64,000 nt of DNA. Origin: Thermodesulfobacteriota bacterium. GTDB lineage: Bacteria; Desulfobacterota; Desulfobacteria; Desulfobacterales; SURF-7. The notes beneath the pieces are model-generated. The model saw only the letters and a list, made by a program, of their open reading frames with translations. It did no database searches and had not been told where the DNA came from. Positions 33,167 to 42,220 of the stretch are shown piece after piece. Both the position numbers and the translations under genes were made by a program. The number at the start of each line of letters is the position of its first letter. Positions within the stretch are counted from its first letter, which is position 1. Location of the stretch: NCBI GenBank assembly GCA_049320885.1, contig JBMORA010000001.1:210622-274621 (forward strand), read 5' to 3'.

Positions 33167-34312
33167 ATGACCAGCCAAACGGCGCTTGGGGACGAACTGG
33201 CGGCAACCATCCGGAAATGCACCGGCTGCGGCGCCTGCCTGAACAAATGCCGCTTTCTCCAATTATACGGTCTGCCGAAAACCATTGCCGAAACCTACAA
33301 GCCGGCTTTGGATTTTCGGCTGCCGTATGAATGCAGCCTCTGCGGTCTATGCGACGCCGTCTGCCCGGAAGGCCTGGAGCCGAGCAGACTGTTTCTGGCC
33401 ATGCGACGGGACGCCGCGGCATCCGGCCGCGTTGCCTTCGCGGCCTACAAGATCATTCTGGGGTATGAAAAAACAGGCAATTCCCCCCTGTTTACCTACT
33501 ACGGGCTGCCGCAAGGCTGCGATACGGTTTTCTTCCCCGGCTGCACATTTTCGGGAACCCGCCCCCGGACCACCCGCCATGTTTTTTCCCTCTTGCAGGA
33601 GCTAATCCCGAACCTGGGGCTCGTCATGGACTGCTGCAATAAAATCTCCCATGATCTGGGACGCCAGAACCATTTTGCCGCCATGTTCAACCCCATGCGT
33701 GATTTTCTGATCCGACACGGCATCCGCCGGGTGCTGGCGGCCTGCCCCAACTGCTACATCCTTTTCAAGACATACGGAACCGCACTGCAAGTCGAAACGA
33801 TCTATGAACATATCTCCCGCAACGGCGTTCCCGGGAACCCGGGAGGCCACGGTCCGGTAACCATTCACGATCCATGCCCCCTGCGACGGGAGGATGATGT
33901 CCATAACGCGGTGCGGGATCTGGCCGGCAGGATGGGTTTTTCCCTGCGGGAGTCGAAGCACAAACGCGATCGCACCCTCTGCTGCGGCGAAGGCGGCTCG
34001 GTGGGATTTGTCCGCGGGGATCTGGCCGATGAATGGCGAAGGCGGCGCCGGCAGGAGGCGGAAGAGCTGCCTGTCCTGACCTACTGCGCCGGATGCGCCG
34101 GATTTCTCGGCCGGGACATGCGGACCTTTCACATCGCCGATGCGCTGATTTCACCCCGGGCCTGCATCGACGGCACAGCCCCAGTCGCAAGGGCGCCGTT
34201 CACCTATCTGAATCGGTTGCTGCTCAAACGCCGCTTCAAACGGGAGCTGATGGGGGCGCAGGCGTCCGTTATGTGGCAGTCGAACGCGATATCACCAAGG
34301 GGCTGGAAATAG
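33167..34312 (+). CDS. Fe-S oxidoreductase with ferredoxin and two CCG domains (HdrD/GlpC-like)
   Basis: CTGCGAC, CSLCGLCDAVCP, FFPGC, DCC, ACPNC, HDPC, CCGEGG, TYCAGC. Confidence 0.85.
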   Translation: MTSQTALGDELAATIRKCTGCGACLNKCRFLQLYGLPKTIAETYKPALDFRLPYECSLCGLCDAVCPEGLEPSRLFLAMRRDAAASGRVAFAAYKIILGYEKTGNSPLFTYYGLPQGCDTVFFPGCTFSGTRPRTTRHVFSLLQELIPNLGLVMDCCNKISHDLGRQNHFAAMFNPMRDFLIRHGIRRVLAACPNCYILFKTYGTALQVETIYEHISRNGVPGNPGGHGPVTIHDPCPLRREDDVHNAVRDLAGRMGFSLRESKHKRDRTLCCGEGGSVGFVRGDLADEWRRRRRQEAEELPVLTYCAGCAGFLGRDMRTFHIADALISPRACIDGTAPVARAPFTYLNRLLLKRRFKRELMGAQASVMWQSNAISPRGWK

Positions 34313-34353
34313 AAAAAATGTTTGGGGAAAAAATCGTCAAGGAGCATCCGGAT

Positions 34354-35772
34354 ATGTACACAATCCTCATCATTGACGACGACAAGGCGGTTTCGAAAAT
34401 GCTGGGAGCAATGATCCGCCGCATGAATTGTGAGCCGGTCTGTTGCGCCACCATAGCTGAGGGCCTTGCCGTTTTACGGGATCGGTACTGCGATGCAGTC
34501 CTTCTCGATGTCCAATTGCCGGACGGCTATGGACTGGATATCATTCCAGCTATCCGCGCCTCGGCCTCGGAACCGGAAGTGGTTATTCTAACCGGCTTCG
34601 GAACCGCTGATGGAGCGGAAATCGCCATTAAAAATGGGGCCTGGGACTACATCCGGAAAAGCGATTCTCCCCAGGAAGTGACATTGTCTTTGAAGCGGGT
34701 GATTGACTATCGCAGGGAAAAAGACCAAACTCGCACTGAACCGGTGGCACTGAAGCTGGACCATATCGTTGGAAAAAGCAAGGCGATCAAAGCGTGCTAT
34801 GACCAAGTTGCCCGTGCGGCTGCCGGAAACGCCAGCGTACTCATCTCCGGGGAAACCGGGACCGGTAAGGAAATATTCGCCAGAGCCATCCATGCCAACA
34901 GCTCCCGCTCCGAGGCAAACATAGTGGTTGTGGATTGTGCGGCCCTTCCTGCGACTCTGGTGGAAAGCCTGCTGTTCGGTCATGAAAAAGGGGCTTACAC
35001 CGGAGCGGAAAGCACCCGGGAGGGGTTGGTGGCCCAAGCCGATGGCGGCACCCTCTTTCTGGATGAAGTTGGGGAAATGCAACCCGAAATCCAGAGGGTC
35101 TTTTTGCGTGTGCTGCAGGAGCGCAGATACAGGCCGGTGGGCGGAAGGCATGAGCGCGCTAGCGACTTCAGGCTTATCGCCGCCACCAATCAGAATCTCA
35201 ACCATTTGGCGGACAGCGGCGGTTTCCGAAAAGACCTTCTGTACCGCATCCGCGCAATCGAAATCCATCTGCCGCCTCTGCGGGAACGGCCTGAAGACAT
35301 AAGTCCTTTGGTTTTTCACTATTTGACCAAAATCTGCGATCGTTCCAGAATCGGTTTCAAAGGGGTTTCCGCCGACTTTCTGGCGGTTCTCAACGATTAT
35401 CCATGGCCTGGCAATGTCCGGGAACTCATCAATGCGTTGGAAACAGCCCTGTCCAACGCCGGTCCAGATCTTACCCTGATCTCCCGCTACTTGCCCCAGA
35501 ACATACGGCTGCACGCTGTTCGCAAGGAATTCGACCCGGCATCCGCCGTCCGCGACGGACAGCCGGGAGCCGCCTCCACCGGACCGGATTTGTCCAGGTT
35601 CCCCCTCACCTATAAAATCTTTAAAAAAAATGCCTTGGCTGCTGCGGAAAAACAATACCTGGAGGAGTTGCTAAGCGCCTCCGGGAATCGGACAGAAACA
35701 GCCCTGCGCCTATCGGGTCTTTCCCGCTCCCGTTTTTACGAACTGATCAAACAGCATAACCTTTCCCTGTAA
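34354..35772 (+). CDS. sigma54-dependent response regulator (NtrC family: REC-AAA+-HTH)
   Basis: IIDDD, LLDVQLPDG, GETGTGKE, GAYTGA, LFLDEVGE, WPGNVREL, C-terminal HTH. RBS AAGGAG before ATG 34354. Confidence 0.92.
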   Translation: MYTILIIDDDKAVSKMLGAMIRRMNCEPVCCATIAEGLAVLRDRYCDAVLLDVQLPDGYGLDIIPAIRASASEPEVVILTGFGTADGAEIAIKNGAWDYIRKSDSPQEVTLSLKRVIDYRREKDQTRTEPVALKLDHIVGKSKAIKACYDQVARAAAGNASVLISGETGTGKEIFARAIHANSSRSEANIVVVDCAALPATLVESLLFGHEKGAYTGAESTREGLVAQADGGTLFLDEVGEMQPEIQRVFLRVLQERRYRPVGGRHERASDFRLIAATNQNLNHLADSGGFRKDLLYRIRAIEIHLPPLRERPEDISPLVFHYLTKICDRSRIGFKGVSADFLAVLNDYPWPGNVRELINALETALSNAGPDLTLISRYLPQNIRLHAVRKEFDPASAVRDGQPGAASTGPDLSRFPLTYKIFKKNALAAAEKQYLEELLSASGNRTETALRLSGLSRSRFYELIKQHNLSL

Positions 35773-35816
35773 TGTCCACCTTGCCCTCTCTCCAGTCAGT
35801 CGATTAAGCGTTTTTA

Positions 35817-35853
35817 TCCGAAATTTTCGGAAAATCCGTCCGCTTTTACCGGA
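35817..35853. promoter_or_regulatory. Two TCCG-N7-CGGA palindromes (candidate enhancer/UAS)
   Basis: TCCGAAATTTTCGGA at 35817-35831 and TCCGCTTTTACCGGA at 35839-35853, 22 bp apart. Confidence 0.6.
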
Positions 35854-36215
35854 AAACAAGACCGGAATGCCCCTCCCTCCATCCATTACCATCCGTATCT
35901 TATTGTAATAATATAAAATATTTCGATATAACAATTGGCACACTTTGTGAGTTGCGGTAAAAGAACCGGCCGGAAAAGCGTGCGCTTTCGAGACAAACCG
36001 TTATGGTGCAACCCTCCATTAAAATACGGCAAGCCTCGAACAAACCCTCTATCCCCACTTTATTGGATACGGGGATGGCGGCCTACAGGAAGTGGAAATG
36101 GTCAGAGAACGTTTGCTTGGACTCAAGCAGCGATCAGCGCGCTGTCGATGGAAATCGCAGAGGGAAACGAAGAACCTGCGGAATTCGAACATTAAAATTT
36201 ATTTTGGGGAGTTGG

Positions 36216-39200
36216 ATGAAAGAAACACGAAAGGCGATATCATGTAACCGGCAGGCGGTTGCACTCGCTGCGACACTGCTGCTGATGCTTTTTGCCGGAG
36301 CCTGGTTTTACAGCGATCAAGAGCGGGCCTATCGTGAACGGATTGCCGACGAGCTGGCGGCAGTTGCCAGGATCAAGACAGGCCAGATCGAAGAATGGAG
36401 AAATGACCAGATAAAAGACGCTGATTTATTGGTGAAAAATCCGCTTTTTCATCAATCCGCGAGTCGCTTTCTGTCCCACCCGCAAGCACAGGCTCCCGAT
36501 AGCCTTTTGGCCCTGTTGCGACTGTTTCAGCAGAACAACGATTGCGCCGACATTCTTCTGGTGGACCCGGGGGGCCGAATCCGTCTTAGCTTGAACGGTT
36601 GCGAAACAAAACAGATCGGATACATGGCTACCATGGGAAAAGCCCTCCAATCCAAAAGACCGGAATTCACCGATTTGCATATCGATACTCTGTACCCGGA
36701 TCTTCATCTGTCTATAACAACTCGATTTTCTATCGGAGAAGACCCGGCGTCGCCGGCGGGTGCGGTCATCCAGGTCCTCGATGCCGCCACATTCCTCTTC
36801 CCCATGATCCGGAACTGGCCCACCCACCGGAAAACAGCGGAGGCCCTGCTTGCACGGAAGGACGGTGGGAATGTCGTTTTTCTTACCAATCTCCGGCATA
36901 GGCCGGATGCGGCCCTCAACCTGCGTCTTCCCTTGCAGCTGGACAGCGACCCTGCGGTCATGGCCGCGTCCGGACAATCCGGATTCGTGATCGGCAGGGA
37001 TTATCGCGGGACAGAGGTGGCGGCATCCATCCTGCCCGTGCCGGATTCCAACTGGTTCATGGTGGTTAAGATCGATACGGTAGAGGCCTTTTCCGGCTGG
37101 CGTTTCCGTTCAACCTTGATGCTGTCCCTGATGTTGGGCATGATCGGATTGGCGGGAACGATCAGTCTGCTGATCCGGCAGCGTGAACAAAAAAACCAGT
37201 ACCGCGCCTTATATGCCGCTGAAAGCGCCCTGCGCTCCAATGCCGAACGCCACAGCGTCATCCTCAACGCCGTCGATGCGGGCGTAATTGCAACCGATTC
37301 CCATGGACGGGTGGAGCTTGTCAATCCAGAAGCGGAACTCCTGACCGGCTGGAAAGGCAGTGAAGCCCGGGGGCGCTTGTTGTCCGAAATTTTTCGTTCC
37401 ATCGACTCCGACACCCGGGAACCGGTAGACAATCCGGCGGAAAAAGCTCTATCAGACGGCAGGAAAGTCGTTTTCATCAATCACACCCTGCTGGTTTCCC
37501 GGGACGGCTCCGAACGCCATGTTACGGTAAGTGCCGCGCCGGTCCGCGATGAGAAGGGGGAGAACACCGGCGCGGCCATGGTTTTCCGGGATGTGACCAC
37601 AAACTATCTCTCACGTCAGGCCTTGCAGCAGAGCGAGGAAAACTACAGGAAGCTGTTTGAGGATCATGTGGCCGTCAAATTAATCATCGACCCCGACACA
37701 TATGCCATTATCGATGCCAACTGGGCCGCGGCATCATTCTACGGCTGGACACGCGAGGAACTTCGGCGTATGAAAATCCAGGACATCAACACTCTTCCGC
37801 ACGCGGAAATCATGGCGGAGATGAACCGGGCACTGAACCTGAACCGGATCCGCTTCGAATTCCGCCACCGCCGGGCAGATGGCGGAATCCGCGACGTGGA
37901 AGTATTCAGCAGCAAAATCCAGGTCAAGACCAGAACCCTCCTGCATTCCATCGTGCATGACATCACTGACAGGAAAAAGGCCGAAAGGGATCGGGAACGG
38001 CTGGCGGCGGCCATCGATCAGGTGGGAGAGGCTATTGTGATCACCGATTGCGATGCACTTATCCGCTATGTCAATCCGACCTTCGAACAAATATCCGGTT
38101 TCGGACGAGAGGAAGTCCTTGGCCGCAATCCCCGTTTTCTCAAGAGCGGACTGCAAGGCGACGGGTTTTACCGGGAGATGTGGCGGACACTTATTTCCGG
38201 CCAAACCTGGCAGGGTCGCCTGGTCAATAAACGCAAGAACGGGGATTTATACACCGAGGAAACGGTTATTTCCCCGGTCCTGAACCCCCTGGGCGTCATC
38301 GACGGATATGTATCCATCAAACGCGATATAACGCGGGACCTGGAGCTGGAGCAGCGCATGCTCCAGGCCCAAAAAATGGAAGCCATCGGGACCCTTGCCG
38401 GCGGAATCGCCCACGATTTCAATAATATCCTTTTTCCCATCATCGGTTTTTCCGAGATGCTGCTTCAGGATCTTCCCCCGGAGGACAAGAAACACGAACA
38501 GGTTGATGAGATTTATCGGGCCGCCCTGCGCGCCAGCGACCTAGTGGGACAAATCCTGTCCTTTAGCCGTCAGTCGGAGGAACGGAAACTGCCCATCCGG
38601 ATTCATCCGATTCTGAAGGAGGTGGTGAAACTCATCCGCTCCACAATCCCCGCAAACATCGAGATCACCAGTCGTATTCAAAACCATTGCGGACGGGTTC
38701 TGGCAGATCCGACGCAAATCCACCAGATTGTCATGAACCTGGTCACCAATGCCTATCACGCGGTTGATGAAACCGGCGGAACCATAACGGTAGTCTTGCA
38801 GGAGACCGAAATCGGTCCGGATAATCTGGCGGCTCCGGCATTGACATGCGGAAAATTCGCCCGTATCAGCGTCTCCGACACGGGAGTGGGGATCGACAAG
38901 GCAATCCTGGATAAGATATTTGAACCGTATTTCACCACCAAGGAGCGCGGCAAGGGCACCGGACTCGGACTTTCCATCGTTCACGGAATCGTCACGGAAT
39001 CCGGAGGGCATATCCATGTCACTAGCCAGGCGGGCAAAGGAACGACGTTCGATGTGTACCTGCCGATCATGACAGGCGATGATGAAGAAGATACCACCAA
39101 AGGCATTATGGAGCTGCCTAGGGGAAACGAGCGGGTATTCCTGGTGGAGGATGAGGAACCCATCGCCCGCATGGTGACGTCATTCCTCCAACGGCTCGGG

Positions 39201-39500
39201 TATCAGGTCCACGCCTTCACGGACAGCATCGCGGCCTTGGAGTCCTTCCGCAAGCATCCGGAAGAGCAAGATCTGGTGATAACCGATATGGCCATGCCAC
39301 GCATGACGGGACTTCAACTTGCCGAGGAACTGCTCGCGGTGCGTCCGGGAATTCCGATCATTATATGCACCGGTTTCAGCGAAAAAATCGACCGTGGCCG
39401 GTGCGATGATCTTGGAATCAAGGGGTTGATGATGAAACCCGTGCTGATCAAGGAACTGGCGCTCCTGATTCGCCGGCTTCTCGGCGGGTGTCATTCCTGA
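36216..39500 (+). CDS. Hybrid sensor histidine kinase (TM-Cache-like, 3 PAS, HisKA, HATPase, REC)
   Basis: Two TM segments, GRDYRG Cache-like motif, PAS repeats, LAGGIAHDFNN, NLVTNA, FEPYFTTK, C-terminal VEDE/TDMAMP/MKP. Confidence 0.92.
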   Translation: MKETRKAISCNRQAVALAATLLLMLFAGAWFYSDQERAYRERIADELAAVARIKTGQIEEWRNDQIKDADLLVKNPLFHQSASRFLSHPQAQAPDSLLALLRLFQQNNDCADILLVDPGGRIRLSLNGCETKQIGYMATMGKALQSKRPEFTDLHIDTLYPDLHLSITTRFSIGEDPASPAGAVIQVLDAATFLFPMIRNWPTHRKTAEALLARKDGGNVVFLTNLRHRPDAALNLRLPLQLDSDPAVMAASGQSGFVIGRDYRGTEVAASILPVPDSNWFMVVKIDTVEAFSGWRFRSTLMLSLMLGMIGLAGTISLLIRQREQKNQYRALYAAESALRSNAERHSVILNAVDAGVIATDSHGRVELVNPEAELLTGWKGSEARGRLLSEIFRSIDSDTREPVDNPAEKALSDGRKVVFINHTLLVSRDGSERHVTVSAAPVRDEKGENTGAAMVFRDVTTNYLSRQALQQSEENYRKLFEDHVAVKLIIDPDTYAIIDANWAAASFYGWTREELRRMKIQDINTLPHAEIMAEMNRALNLNRIRFEFRHRRADGGIRDVEVFSSKIQVKTRTLLHSIVHDITDRKKAERDRERLAAAIDQVGEAIVITDCDALIRYVNPTFEQISGFGREEVLGRNPRFLKSGLQGDGFYREMWRTLISGQTWQGRLVNKRKNGDLYTEETVISPVLNPLGVIDGYVSIKRDITRDLELEQRMLQAQKMEAIGTLAGGIAHDFNNILFPIIGFSEMLLQDLPPEDKKHEQVDEIYRAALRASDLVGQILSFSRQSEERKLPIRIHPILKEVVKLIRSTIPANIEITSRIQNHCGRVLADPTQIHQIVMNLVTNAYHAVDETGGTITVVLQETEIGPDNLAAPALTCGKFARISVSDTGVGIDKAILDKIFEPYFTTKERGKGTGLGLSIVHGIVTESGGHIHVTSQAGKGTTFDVYLPIMTGDDEEDTTKGIMELPRGNERVFLVEDEEPIARMVTSFLQRLGYQVHAFTDSIAALESFRKHPEEQDLVITDMAMPRMTGLQLAEELLAVRPGIPIIICTGFSEKIDRGRCDDLGIKGLMMKPVLIKELALLIRRLLGGCHS

Positions 39501-39579
39501 GGCTCCCCGGCCGGGCTATCATCCAAAATTCCAGCCTCCCGTCATCTGGAAGCTGGCTCTTCGATCCTTCTGTTGTTTA

Positions 39580-40089
39580 TCAGGGCTCTTTTTTCCCGAA
39601 GTAGTCCTCGGGGGATTTTTCCAGGATATCCAACCTGTCTTGAAATTCCTTGATACGGGCGTTTTTCAAGGCAATGGACAGGGAAGGGCCCACGGCCAGC
39701 TGCCGGATGCGATCGATTTCCCCTTGCAACCGGTCCTTCTCCGCCTGGATTTTCCCTTCCCACTCCGCCCGGGCCGCCTGCGCTTTCTCTTCTTCGGCTT
39801 TTTGCTTTTTCAGCGCCTTCTCCCGTTCCAGTTCCTGATACACATCCCCGTCCTTCCAGTCCGCGGGAGTCGGTTGATTTCCGTTTGGAGAAGAGACGGT
39901 TGCTTCCTGCCCGTCGGAGGGAATTTCCGCATGGACCTTTACATCCGCCGCTGTCTCATCCGGCGCCGTATCGCTGTAGCGCTTTACGCCGTTTTCATCG
40001 GTCCAGGAATAAAAACCGGCCTGGAGCCGGAACTCCGTCGCGAGGAAAAATACCAATACGCCGCAGCACACCTTCAACAGGATTTTCAT
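39580..40089 (-). CDS. DUF4124-domain secreted protein
   Basis: Signal peptide followed by FYSWTDENGVKRYSDTAP and a coiled coil. Confidence 0.8.
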   Translation of the reverse strand: MKILLKVCCGVLVFFLATEFRLQAGFYSWTDENGVKRYSDTAPDETAADVKVHAEIPSDGQEATVSSPNGNQPTPADWKDGDVYQELEREKALKKQKAEEEKAQAARAEWEGKIQAEKDRLQGEIDRIRQLAVGPSLSIALKNARIKEFQDRLDILEKSPEDYFGKKEP

Positions 40090-40307
40090 GGAAACCTCCG
40101 TCCAGACCGCTGGGGTGAGATAAATCCAACTATCTGTTTTGTATAATATGCCATCCGCCGGCCGTCAAGAGCCGCCTGCTTCCCGCGCCATCCCCCGTCT
40201 CCGGTTCCAGCGGTCAAATCCGTTGCGGCCGCTGTGGAAATACGGTATGCAGAAACCATCCTTATTCGTTTTGATGGCAACCGTTATACCAACGTCAAAG
40301 GATCCGG

Positions 40308-41450
40308 ATGGAAATCGTTTCCAAATTATCCGATGTGGGAACCACCGTCTTCACGGTCATGAGCCGGCTGGCCCAGGAACATGGGGCCGTCAATCTCTCC
40401 CAGGGATTTCCCGATTTTGATACCTCCCCGGAATTGATCGACCTGGTGACCCGGCACATGCGGGCCGGACGCAACCAGTATGCCCCCATGCAGGGAGTGT
40501 TGGAACTCAGGCAGGCCATCGCCCGCAAAACCGCGGACATATACGGCGCGGACTACGACCCCGAAACCGAGATCACCGTCACTTCCGGCGCCACGGAGGC
40601 CCTCTACGCGGCCATCAGCGCGGTGGTCGGCCCGGGGGACGAGGTAATCATTTTCGAGCCGGCCTTTGATTCCTATGTGCCGGCCGTGCGGCTGAACGGG
40701 GGCGTTCCCGTCTATGTCACCCTGGATTTTCCGGACTACCGGATCGATTGGGACCAGGTGCGGGCGGCCTTCACTACCAGGACGCGCCTGGTCATCCTCA
40801 ACTCTCCCCACAATCCCACCGGGACCGTGCTGCTGCCCCGGGACATGGAAGCCTTCCGCCAGGTGGTTGCGGACCGGGATCTATATATCATCGGCGATGA
40901 AGTCTACGAACATATCCTTTTTGACGGGATTGTTCATGAAAGCCTGCTGGGCTATCCGGACCTCGCCCGCAAGAGCTTCGTGATCAGCTCCTTCGGCAAA
41001 ACCTACCACACCACGGGCTGGAAAATCGGATATTGCCTGGCCCCGGAGCCGCTTTCCCGGGAATTCCGGAAGGTGCACCAGTTTCTGACCTTCGCTTCCA
41101 ACACTCCCATCCAATACGCCTATGCCGATTTCCTGAAAGAAACGGAAAGGTTCACCACCCTGGGGACCTTTTACCAGAAAAAACGGGATCTGTTTCGCTC
41201 CCTGCTGGCAGGATCGCGATTTACCATCCTGCCCTGTCGCGGCACCTATTTCCAACTGCTGGATTATTCGGCGATCAGCCAGGAACCGGATACCGCCTTC
41301 GCCCGCCGGATGGTCACGGACATGGGCGTGGCCGCGATCCCGCCATCGGTATTTTACAGCCGGCGGGACGACAACCAGGTGCTGCGCTTCTGTTTTGCCA
41401 AAAAAGACGAAACCCTCCGACAAGCGGCGGACATACTATGCGGAATCTGA
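40308..41450 (+). CDS. ybdL: Methionine/glutamine aminotransferase (YbdL-like, class I PLP)
   Basis: AVNLSQGFPDF, NQYAPM, NSPHNPTG, DEVYEH, SSFGKTYH.TGWKIG, RFCFAK. Confidence 0.88.
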   Translation: MEIVSKLSDVGTTVFTVMSRLAQEHGAVNLSQGFPDFDTSPELIDLVTRHMRAGRNQYAPMQGVLELRQAIARKTADIYGADYDPETEITVTSGATEALYAAISAVVGPGDEVIIFEPAFDSYVPAVRLNGGVPVYVTLDFPDYRIDWDQVRAAFTTRTRLVILNSPHNPTGTVLLPRDMEAFRQVVADRDLYIIGDEVYEHILFDGIVHESLLGYPDLARKSFVISSFGKTYHTTGWKIGYCLAPEPLSREFRKVHQFLTFASNTPIQYAYADFLKETERFTTLGTFYQKKRDLFRSLLAGSRFTILPCRGTYFQLLDYSAISQEPDTAFARRMVTDMGVAAIPPSVFYSRRDDNQVLRFCFAKKDETLRQAADILCGI

Positions 41451-42220
41451 AAATCACCGTCATCCAGACCGATCTTTCCTGGGAAGACAGCCAACGCAAC
41501 CTGGCTGGCATCGGCGAAAAACTCCAAGGCCTTGGTGAGGAAACCCACCTGATCATCCTGCCGGAGATGTTCGCCACGGGATTCAGCATGAACGCGGCGA
41601 GCATCGCCCAGGACATGCAGGGACCCGCGGTCGCCTGGCTCCTGGAGCAGGCCGAAAAATCAAAGGCCGACATCGCCGGCAGCCTTGCCGTTCGGGAAAA
41701 GGGCCGTTTTTTCAACCGGCTGATCTGGGTCAGGCCTAGCGGGGACATCCTGACCTACGACAAGAAACACCTGTTCCGGTATGCCGGTGAAGAAAAGGTT
41801 TACACCGCCGGCGACCGGCTTCTGACGGTGGAATTGAACGGCTGGCGGATCCGGCCGTTCATCTGCTATGATCTGCGCTTTCCCTGCTGGTGCCGCAACT
41901 GGAACAAGGCCTACGACCTGGCCGTTTATGTCGCCAATTGGCCGGCCAAACGCGCTGCCCATTGGAAAGCGTTGCTGCCGGCCAGGGCCATCGAAAACCA
42001 GTGTTACGTAGCAGGCGTAAACCGGGTGGGAACGGACGGCAACGGGATGACTTACAGCGGCGACAGCGCCGTGATCGATCCCCTGGGAACCACCCTGTTT
42101 CAGAAAAGCAGCCTGGAATCCGTTCAAACAGTGGAACTTTCCTTGGCGCTGCTGCGGGAATACCGGCAACACTTCCCTGCCTGGATGGATGCCGACGATC
42201 CCGCACCCGCAGCTACATGA
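41438..42220 (+). CDS. yafV: Omega-amidase (YafV/Nit2-like, nitrilase superfamily)
   Basis: LPEMF, YDKKHLF, ICYDLRFP, ARAIENQ. Confidence 0.85.
   Translation: MRNLKITVIQTDLSWEDSQRNLAGIGEKLQGLGEETHLIILPEMFATGFSMNAASIAQDMQGPAVAWLLEQAEKSKADIAGSLAVREKGRFFNRLIWVRPSGDILTYDKKHLFRYAGEEKVYTAGDRLLTVELNGWRIRPFICYDLRFPCWCRNWNKAYDLAVYVANWPAKRAAHWKALLPARAIENQCYVAGVNRVGTDGNGMTYSGDSAVIDPLGTTLFQKSSLESVQTVELSLALLREYRQHFPAWMDADDPAPAAT

Noticed and set aside
34033..34353. N-terminal extension of the NtrC-type ORF
   Set aside because: Overlaps the CCG protein in another frame. The RBS and receiver domain point to ATG 34354.
41033..41437. N-terminal extension of the amidase ORF, suggesting a fusion
   Set aside because: Lies within ybdL in another frame. 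The nitrilase fold begins at ATG 41438.
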